This document shows, piece by piece, positions 9,280 to 15,484 of a stretch of DNA of 36,570 nt (position 1 is its first letter; each line of letters starts with the position of its first letter). The DNA lies in assembly GCA_964552525.1 (NCBI GenBank), contig CAZKHW010000001.1:1-36570 (forward strand), given 5' to 3'. Made by a program: the position numbers and the translations under genes. The notes beneath the pieces are model-generated. The model ran no database searches and was not told where the DNA came from. It saw only the letters and a list, made by a program, of their open reading frames with translations. The stretch comes from an uncultured Ruminococcus sp. GTDB lineage: Bacteria; Bacillota; Clostridia; Oscillospirales; Ruminococcaceae.

Positions 9280-9975
9280 TCATTCCTCCATGCCCTGCTG
9301 AAGCTGCTGGGACACCTCGGCGGCAGGTGTGCCGTCACGAAGTTCCCGGAGCGCCTCGGTAATATGCTCCAGATGCAGATTTTCCAGCTCAGAGCTGTCC
9401 CCGATCTGGGAGATCTCTATGATGAGATTATCGTACTGACCAAGAAGCTGCTTGTTCTGCGCGATCACACCACGAATAAACTCGTAATGCATCGGAAACC
9501 GTGACTGATCCTCTAAATCAAGGATGGTCATGCGGTTGATGAGCTTCTTCATATTGGCAAACAGGCAGTCCTGCACATCGCTGCTCAGCGAAAGAAACGG
9601 ATTTCCCGGCTCCTTCGCCTGATCGCCGAGCAGAACCTGAAGTGCTGTCTGCTTCTGGTAAAACAGGTCAAGCTGATGCATTGCCTCACGCAGCTCGTTA
9701 TTGAACGGATTCTTCGGACTTTGCCAGCCTTCAAGTGCCTCGCGGTAATCCTGCGCATTGCGCAGCTTGCCGGACTGCACCGCACGCGGATGCTCACCAC
9801 TGCTCAAAAGCCAGTAATTCACCCCGATAAACGCCCCCACGCTGAGCACCGCCGCAACGATCGCTGCCACGGGATCTGCACCAAGGTTGAGAAGTCCACG
9901 CGAAAACAGCACCACTTCCAGCACTGCAAAGCCGGCATTGAACGCCATGAGTTTCCAGATCACATTTGATTTCAA
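9280..9975 (-). CDS. two-TM membrane protein, XpaC-like (5-bromo-4-chloroindolyl phosphate hydrolysis family) by recollection
   Basis: Start assigned to TTG 9975 (AGGAGG 7 nt upstream), because the longer track ORF overlaps the promoter. Two N-terminal TM helices, then a helical cytoplasmic domain. Sits upstream of the vWA gene, a pairing I recall for XpaC-like genes. Confidence 0.5.
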   Translation of the reverse strand: MKSNVIWKLMAFNAGFAVLEVVLFSRGLLNLGADPVAAIVAAVLSVGAFIGVNYWLLSSGEHPRAVQSGKLRNAQDYREALEGWQSPKNPFNNELREAMHQLDLFYQKQTALQVLLGDQAKEPGNPFLSLSSDVQDCLFANMKKLINRMTILDLEDQSRFPMHYEFIRGVIAQNKQLLGQYDNLIIEISQIGDSSELENLHLEHITEALRELRDGTPAAEVSQQLQQGMEE

Positions 9976-10049
9976 GCACTTCCCTCCTATCCGGATGCGT
10001 CGGCAGCAGCAATGCATCCTGCACCGTACTGCCATGCTGTATTGGTATT

Positions 10050-10078
10050 ATTATAGCACATTCCGGCAAGGATGTCAA
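10050..10078 (-). promoter_or_regulatory. consensus sigma-A promoter of the XpaC-like/vWA operon
   Basis: Minus strand TTGACA (10078-10073), 17 nt, TATAAT (10055-10050). Confidence 0.6.
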
Positions 10079-10267
10079 GCAAACCGCTTGGTTTCTCACG
10101 AAAATCAATTTTGTTGCTTTTCATTGTGAGTTTCATGCAAAAGCCGCCCCACCCCCTGCCCTCCTCTATACAAAATATCCGGGCTGGTTTATCATAGCAG
10201 CATAATGGCACATCAAATCTTTCCACAATGATCCTAGTCAGTACAGGATCATCTAAACTAGAAAACT

Positions 10268-10295
10268 CGGCAGAGAATTCCACAGTTCTCTGCCG
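10268..10295. terminator. hairpin terminator downstream of the zinc-ribbon cargo gene (repeat copy A)
   Basis: 10-bp stem CGGCAGAGAA / TTCTCTGCCG with an 8-nt loop. T-rich flanks on both strands. Confidence 0.55.
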
Positions 10296-10385
10296 GGTTT
10301 ATTTGTCTTTACTTTTCTCGGTTTCTGAAAACACATAGCTTTTGGGCTTGAAAGGTTTTCTGGTTTTAAGACCATAATGCGTATT

Positions 10386-11243
10386 TTAGGAAACCGATGG
10401 TGTTCCATCCTCGGCATTTGTTCCTTGTCCACTCATGATCTCTTTTAAAGTTGCTTTCGCATTTTCAAAATCAAACTCTGCTTCAAGGATTCCATCAGCT
10501 CCCGTTCTGTCAACGAATGCAACACCTTGATAGTCATCCCAGTAATAAGTGTAATTGTTTCCGATGTTCCCTGAAAAGCCGTATTCTGAATAGACCGTTT
10601 TTCTTATGCTTGCAAAATCATCATCCGTAGATTCTGGAGCAAGAATAACCGTGGAGTATACTATAAATTGGTAAGCATCATCTGCATTATCGCATGATAA
10701 ATAAATACGAAGATCGTTATTATTTTCCGGTTGGCTATATCCTCCGTATTGTATTACATCAAAATAATATCCATTATAATCATATCGTTCTGCAAAAGCA
10801 GAATCAAATGCCGGCAATCTGAATTCAGTCCTATAATATGTTGTTTTATCATGTATGTCTATTTCCATTGGATTCTCTGCGATGGAATCGGATAAATTAT
10901 TGAATCGCTTTATAAATTCATCAATAAGGAAATCGTAAGCAGTAGCAGTTTCAGCGGTTTCGGAAATTTCGATAGATTCTTCCTCTTTTGATTCCGCAGT
11001 TAAAACCGTTTCCTTTTCAATGTTTTCAGGCTTGTAATTTACTGCAATATCGCCGATCACTATACCAAGCAGCCAAAACGCGGTAGCAATAACCGACAAA
11101 GACAACACACACAACGCAGATATAAAAAACAAGGAAATTTGAGGCTTTTTACAATGTGGGCATATTTTGGCTCTTTTGTCGATCATCTTTTTACAGCAGC
11201 GGCATTCCGTCCTATTTTTATTATGAGTTTCCGGATGGTTCAT
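10386..11243 (-). CDS. zinc-ribbon membrane protein of unknown function (probable prophage cargo/moron)
   Basis: 285 aa. N-terminal CxxC...CxxC (CRCCKKMIDKRAKICPHCKK), one TM helix, then an acidic Tyr/Asp-rich extracytoplasmic domain. Visibly AT-richer than the host genes to its left. Confidence 0.75.
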   Translation of the reverse strand: MNHPETHNKNRTECRCCKKMIDKRAKICPHCKKPQISLFFISALCVLSLSVIATAFWLLGIVIGDIAVNYKPENIEKETVLTAESKEEESIEISETAETATAYDFLIDEFIKRFNNLSDSIAENPMEIDIHDKTTYYRTEFRLPAFDSAFAERYDYNGYYFDVIQYGGYSQPENNNDLRIYLSCDNADDAYQFIVYSTVILAPESTDDDFASIRKTVYSEYGFSGNIGNNYTYYWDDYQGVAFVDRTGADGILEAEFDFENAKATLKEIMSGQGTNAEDGTPSVS

Positions 11244-11282
11244 AAATACACCATCTTTCTTATTATTTGGTGCTTTTACTTA

Positions 11283-11311
11283 ATTATACACTGTTTTCTT
11301 AAAATTGTCAA
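11283..11311 (-). promoter_or_regulatory. consensus sigma-A promoter of the zinc-ribbon cargo gene
   Basis: Minus strand TTGACA (11311-11306), 17 nt, TATAAT (11288-11283). Confidence 0.6.
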
Positions 11312-11426
11312 TAACTAGGAAGCAAAATAAAAACTGGGGTTGTAACCCGTAGGAAAGTAATGCTATACTGATCATGGGTTCTGGAAACCCCGAATACTAT
11401 TAATTTTTAACGCTCTACACAAATAA

Positions 11427-11467
11427 CCACATCTGGTTCTCCGACAGATGGGGTTGCTTGTTTTTTG
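11427..11467. terminator. hairpin plus T-run (bidirectional terminator candidate)
   Basis: CCACATCTG (11427-11435) pairs with CAGATGGGG (11445-11453), 8 of 9 bp, followed by TTGCTTGTTTTTTGCC. Confidence 0.45.
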
Positions 11468-11539
11468 CCTTTCGATGGATAAACATACGATTCGGTTGGA
11501 GCAGGCGCGGCAGATGGAGCTGATAGGGTAAAGGAAAAA

Positions 11540-11570
11540 CCGGCAGAGAGTTTCACAGGTTCTCTGCCGG
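11540..11570. terminator. terminator of the ImmA gene (repeat copy B)
   Basis: CCGGCAGAGA (11540-11549) / TCTCTGCCGG (11561-11570). TTTTTCCTTT follows on the minus strand. The ImmA stop codon lies in the loop. Confidence 0.7.
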
Positions 11571-12134
11571 TTCCTTTTGTATCTGCGCATCTATCCACGG
11601 CTTGAACCGCTGAAAAACCTCTCTTTCGAGTGGATGCGACAAAAACATGTTGCGCTGGTACAGTACCGCCATACGTTCTGCTCTGATCTTCGCCGCATGC
11701 ATTGACACTCCGCACACTCTGGCAATGTCCTCGGCGGTATGGATGCCAAGCCCCCAAAGGACGCATGCCGGCATGAGGACGTCGGCAGCGAAGCGATCGG
11801 CTGCGTACTCCTCCTCCGGCTTGCAGTCTCGCTCAGAGCGTGACAGCGGTGAGTCTCCTAGATGACCGAGAACATAGTGACCTAGCTCGTGGAGGATGGT
11901 GAAGCGTTGGCGTGTACGTGGCTGAGTACTGTCAAAAAATACGACGGTTCCGCCAGAAGCATCCCTGACGATGACGCCAGAAGTGCCATGAAGAAAGTCT
12001 GGTCTTGCTTTTCGACAGCCTATCTCGAAATAGGACAAAAGAAGCACCGGGTTTACCGGCAGTGATGCGACTTTGCAGTCAAGCAAGCATTTCCAGCTTG
12101 CATCTCTCGCACCTTTGTAAATACCGTAAGTCAT
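11553..12134 (-). CDS. ImmA/IrrE family metallo-endopeptidase
   Basis: 193 aa. HEXXH motif in context (FTILHELGHYVLGH). Located directly downstream of an XRE repressor gene, as in ImmR/ImmA modules. Confidence 0.9.
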   Translation of the reverse strand: MTYGIYKGARDASWKCLLDCKVASLPVNPVLLLSYFEIGCRKARPDFLHGTSGVIVRDASGGTVVFFDSTQPRTRQRFTILHELGHYVLGHLGDSPLSRSERDCKPEEEYAADRFAADVLMPACVLWGLGIHTAEDIARVCGVSMHAAKIRAERMAVLYQRNMFLSHPLEREVFQRFKPWIDAQIQKEPAENL

Positions 12135-12135
12135 A

Positions 12136-12176
12136 AGAAATCACCTCTATGGTATTATACCACAGAAGTGATTTCT
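12136..12176 (-). promoter_or_regulatory. 17-bp mRNA hairpin occluding the ImmA Shine-Dalgarno sequence
   Basis: Minus-strand RNA AGAAAUCACUUCUGUGG-UAUAAUA-CCAUAGAGGUGAUUUCU: 15 Watson-Crick plus 2 GU pairs. The 3' arm contains AGAGGUGA and ends 1 nt before the ImmA AUG. Confidence 0.6.
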
Positions 12177-12189
12177 TTACCTTGGTAAA

Positions 12190-12702
12190 TCAATCTTCAA
12201 AGTAATCAGGCGATACATCCTCGGTATTTTTTATGGCATTCTCGATCTCGAAATCTGGTATCAAAGATGGATCGCCATCTTTTGCAAATTTCTTTTGGAT
12301 GCTGGATGTCTGTGTAATCTGTGTTGCCTCTTCGACAACGCGCCCTTGCTGATAGCTTATCACAGCATCTACCATTGCTTCAAGAATGTCTGCTCTAATA
12401 TTGCGTGGCAGGCTAAGATATGCATTTTTCAAACTCTCTTCTAGTTTTTCATGGTGGAAAGTAGTTTGTACATCGCTAAGTCCGAGAAGGTAGTCTATTG
12501 AAACATCATAAAAATTAGATAATTTTACAAGAGCATCAATTGTTGGATCTGCATCTCCGTGTTCGTACTTCAAGTATGCTTGTTGGGTTATTCCTAAGTG
12601 GTCTGCGACAACCGCTTGATTTATGCCCCGTTCTTTTCTCAAAGCGCATAGAATGTTTCCACGCTTAATCATTGCAGTTCTATCTTTTGTAACTTTTGGC
12701 AT
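12190..12702 (-). CDS. XRE-family HTH repressor (CI/ImmR-like)
   Basis: 170 aa. N-terminal HTH_3 motif (LRKERGINQAVVADHLGITQQAYLKYEHG...LVKLSNFYDVSIDYLLG). Divergent from the early operon. Confidence 0.9.
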   Translation of the reverse strand: MPKVTKDRTAMIKRGNILCALRKERGINQAVVADHLGITQQAYLKYEHGDADPTIDALVKLSNFYDVSIDYLLGLSDVQTTFHHEKLEESLKNAYLSLPRNIRADILEAMVDAVISYQQGRVVEEATQITQTSSIQKKFAKDGDPSLIPDFEIENAIKNTEDVSPDYFED

Positions 12703-12725
12703 TGTGTCACCTCCTTTCTATCAAC

Positions 12726-12754
12726 ATTATATCACTAAAAGTTTATCGTGTCAA
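12726..12754 (-). promoter_or_regulatory. consensus promoter of the repressor-ImmA operon
   Basis: Minus strand TTGACA (12754-12749), 17 nt, TATAAT (12731-12726). The leader is only about 20 nt. Confidence 0.6.
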
Positions 12755-12787
12755 GTCGATTTCGCAAAAAACATTGCATTTAGCTCT

Positions 12788-12822
12788 AAAAATTGTAAAA
12801 ATAGGACTAAAATACAATTTTT
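12788..12822. promoter_or_regulatory. 10-bp perfect inverted repeat in the switch region (operator or insulator hairpin candidate)
   Basis: AAAAATTGTA (12788-12797) / TACAATTTTT (12813-12822) with a 15-nt spacer. It lies between the two divergent -35 boxes. Confidence 0.35.
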
Positions 12823-12857
12823 AATTTGTTGATATCTCCAAAAGTTAACTAAATCTA

Positions 12858-12886
12858 TTGATTTTAACAACAATTAGTGGTATAAT
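12858..12886 (+). promoter_or_regulatory. early rightward promoter
   Basis: TTGATT (12858-12863), 17 nt, TATAAT (12881-12886) with TGg extended -10. A ~95-nt leader precedes the first early gene. Confidence 0.6.
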
Positions 12887-12984
12887 ATAATCACACCATC
12901 CGACAGGCAGCGGAAAACTTAAACCGATCAAGGCAGGAGAGAACCGAAACGGGGTGGGGAAATAAACCAAAGGAGGAACACACC

Positions 12985-13215
12985 ATGAGTGAAAAGGTAA
13001 CTGTTGCTGTTGACAAGGAACTTGCCGGAGCAATTCAGATGATTAAGATTCTGAGAGACTGTAGCATCATTGATGTCGATGATGATGTAAGTGCGATGTA
13101 TGGCGTATGGGACAAGCTGAACGAAAGCGACAAGAAGTTCTTTGCTGGACAGATTAAGGGTTCTGCCCTTATGCTTGCACAGATGTCTGGTATGACCAAG
13201 GGGGCAACCCCATGA
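12985..13215 (+). CDS. hypothetical early phage protein
   Basis: 76 aa. Strong RBS (AAAGGAGG). First gene of the early operon. No HTH is evident, so it is not an obvious Cro. Confidence 0.7.
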   Translation: MSEKVTVAVDKELAGAIQMIKILRDCSIIDVDDDVSAMYGVWDKLNESDKKFFAGQIKGSALMLAQMSGMTKGATP

Positions 13216-13385
13216 AATCCAATATCAAAACAACAGTGATCGATCAGCCCGGCAATCTGGGCAAGGTGAAAGCCGGGCAGTTGTCCAGATTCCTGACGGC
13301 GTACCTGAGCAATCCGGAGATGCTGGAAGAAGTCAACAGACGAATCGCAGAGCAGAAGGAACAGGAGGCAACCGAATGTCCCTGA
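13212..13385 (+). CDS. hypothetical small early protein (57 aa, below the ORF-track cutoff)
   Basis: ATGA start/stop overlap with the previous gene. My own translation gives MKSNIKTTVIDQPGNLGKVKAGQLSRFLTAYLSNPEMLEEVNRRIAEQKEQEATECP. Confidence 0.5.
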   Translation: MKSNIKTTVIDQPGNLGKVKAGQLSRFLTAYLSNPEMLEEVNRRIAEQKEQEATECP

Positions 13386-13503
13386 AAGAAGAGATGTAGG
13401 ATGCGGATATGTTCCGTAAAAAGAGAAGCCCATCCCCCGGCGGCAACCGGGAACGGGCAGAAAGAAAATAGTTACACACATAGTTTACCACAGAAAGGGG
13501 TAA

Positions 13504-13866
13504 ATGTCAATGGATTTTGAAAAATATTTCAATACATCCGGTCTGAATGGCAAAATTCAGAGAGCCATTGCGCCGGAAACGGCGAAAGCTCTGGAGGACT
13601 TCTGCCGACAGGAGCCGGAGTTCGCACAGGCGATCGAGCAGAGCGGAAAGACATTCCAGCAGTGCCTTGACCATGTTGCCAAGGGCGCAGGCTCGAGCCT
13701 GTCAGACTTTCAGGCATACAGCAAGGCGGTCGAGTTTTACTTCCCCGGCGCGAAAATCAGCTTTCGCATGGTGATCGACCTCGTAGGCGATGCGGACAAA
13801 TCGCCCGAGCCGGCACCTGAAAAGCCTGCGATGTCGGTATCGTTCGACAGCCTGCTAGACTTCTGA
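13504..13866 (+). CDS. PcfK-like protein (family that includes Cas9 inhibitor AcrIIA9, by recollection)
   Basis: 120 aa. The layout matches PcfK-like proteins as I recall them: helical N-half with a conserved Cys (KTFQQCLDHVAKGAGSS), an aromatic YF motif (AVEFYFPG), an acidic/Pro linker, and a C-terminal SLLDF tail (compare SLFDF). A PcfJ-like gene follows immediately. Confidence 0.55.
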   Translation: MSMDFEKYFNTSGLNGKIQRAIAPETAKALEDFCRQEPEFAQAIEQSGKTFQQCLDHVAKGAGSSLSDFQAYSKAVEFYFPGAKISFRMVIDLVGDADKSPEPAPEKPAMSVSFDSLLDF

Positions 13867-13876
13867 GGTGACTGCC

Positions 13877-15484
13877 ATGACCAAGAAAGAGAGAGCTGCC
13901 GAGCTTATTAAGGCATTCCCGGAGCTCCGGCAGGAGGACATTGACCGATGCATGTCGATGATGCCGCACTACATTCTGTTCCGGCATGACCGGAGTGAAT
14001 GCCGCTGCAATTACTGCGGCAGCACCATCACGGAAGAGGAACATCCCGTCTATCTGGCAGGGCTTGAACACGACACGACAACGGAGTGCCCCGAATGCGG
14101 CGAGGAGAGCATCGCACTCTGCGACTGCTACAACTATTCCAATGCGGTGGAGCGCGGGGCGCAGAACTTCGTGATCTTCGTCAAGGGTGAGGGTGACATC
14201 TGCTATGCACACTGCATTCGCATCTGCATTCGGCTCGACCGGAAGATCGGCGGATTTGCTGTCGAGGATTATTCCTACACCGAGACACAGCGATACATCT
14301 TCACGAACGGATTTGCCTACCGGTTTGGCAGAAAGGAAGGAGGCTATTTTGAGCCGAAGCTGAACCGCCATGTATTTCGCTATTCTGCGTGGGAATATCG
14401 TGACAAGTACACCGAGCCGACATGGGATCAGTTCGGATTCTGCAAGGACAAGGGCTATTGGACAGTCAATGATGATGATCTGGTCGGCACCTGCCTGCAA
14501 TATGCACAGCTTGACAGGATGGACGGCATTGCCCTGTTCCGGTACATCCAGTTCTACCTGAAGCATCCGAATGTGGAGCACCTTATCAAGCAGGGCTTTA
14601 AAAATAAGGTGACTGGCTGGTTCACTGGCTATTCCACGGCGATCCCGGACTGGATCGACTGGAAGCAAAGCGACATCCGGAAGATGCTGGGAATGAACAA
14701 ATGCGAGCTGCGGCAGATCCTGAAACGGCAGATCGACATGGATGATTATCACCGCATCCGTGTCAATCTCCCCTATCTGACGATGGAGGAATGCTTTACC
14801 TGTCTGCCTGTGATCCGGAATTACTGGGGGTATCTTTCGTATTATGACGAGCCGCAGCAGCGTGAGATCCTCAAATATCTCCGCAAGCAGAACGCACGGT
14901 ATTCTGTCAAAAACGTAACGATAACGGAGCGGTTCATGACGATCGGAGATTACCGCGACTATATGCGCGAATGCAGGGATCTGGGCTATGATCTGCATGA
15001 CCGGGAGATCCGGTTTCCCCGATGTCTGGCAGAGGCACACACGCGGACAAGTGATGCGGTTTATGCCATTCGCCGGGAGGAACAGCAGCGAGAGGAGGCA
15101 CGCCGTGCAGAAGAACGCCGCATTGCATCCCAAGAGGCAGTCCTGCTCCGTGAAAAGCTGGGATTTGATAACGGAACACTGTCCATCTGCGTGCCGGCAT
15201 CGGCAGTGGAAATCGTGGATGAGGGAAAAGCCCTGCATCACTGTGTCGGAGGGTACGCATCACGGCATGCGGAAGGCAAGCTGCATATTCTGTTTATTCG
15301 CAAGGACAGCGCTCCGGACAAGCCTTACTACACGATGGAGGTCAGTGCGGACGGCTGCATCGTGCAGGTGCGCGGACTGCGGAATTGTGATCCGCCGGAG
15401 GAGGTCAAGGAGCTCGTGGAGAGCTACAAGAATTATATCAAGCCGCTGTTTGCTAAGCGGCAGAAAGTGAGGGTATCTGCATGA
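13877..15484 (+). CDS. PcfJ-like protein
   Basis: Start at ATG 13877 (GAGG RBS; the track GTG is at 13868). N-terminal CxxC pairs (CRCNYCGS...CPECGE). The C-terminal block KALHHCVGGYASRHAEGKLHILFIRK...YYTMEV...IVQVRGLRN matches the PcfJ C-terminal signature as I recall it. Confidence 0.65.
   Translation: MTKKERAAELIKAFPELRQEDIDRCMSMMPHYILFRHDRSECRCNYCGSTITEEEHPVYLAGLEHDTTTECPECGEESIALCDCYNYSNAVERGAQNFVIFVKGEGDICYAHCIRICIRLDRKIGGFAVEDYSYTETQRYIFTNGFAYRFGRKEGGYFEPKLNRHVFRYSAWEYRDKYTEPTWDQFGFCKDKGYWTVNDDDLVGTCLQYAQLDRMDGIALFRYIQFYLKHPNVEHLIKQGFKNKVTGWFTGYSTAIPDWIDWKQSDIRKMLGMNKCELRQILKRQIDMDDYHRIRVNLPYLTMEECFTCLPVIRNYWGYLSYYDEPQQREILKYLRKQNARYSVKNVTITERFMTIGDYRDYMRECRDLGYDLHDREIRFPRCLAEAHTRTSDAVYAIRREEQQREEARRAEERRIASQEAVLLREKLGFDNGTLSICVPASAVEIVDEGKALHHCVGGYASRHAEGKLHILFIRKDSAPDKPYYTMEVSADGCIVQVRGLRNCDPPEEVKELVESYKNYIKPLFAKRQKVRVSA

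Noticed and set aside
9987-10283. 98-aa minus-strand ORF in the junction region
   Set aside because: It spans the consensus promoter of the XpaC-like/vWA operon and begins inside terminator hairpin A. It has no RBS.
10036-11552. Search for a tRNA gene or integrase remnant as the prophage attachment target
   Set aside because: No cloverleaf-compatible sequence (no GGTTCGAATCC-like T-arm) and no recombinase-like ORF appear in any frame. The boundary cannot be fixed from this window alone.
13386-13503. Short basic ORF (MFRKKRSPSPGGNRERAERK) in the gap before the PcfK-like gene
   Set aside because: It has only 20 codons, no convincing RBS, and a composition typical of a chance frame in GC-rich spacer DNA.
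13757-15241. 494-aa minus-strand ORF
   Set aside because: It is antisense to the PcfJ-like gene, has a Cys/Arg/Leu-rich composition, and breaks the otherwise uniform plus-strand, translationally coupled early operon.
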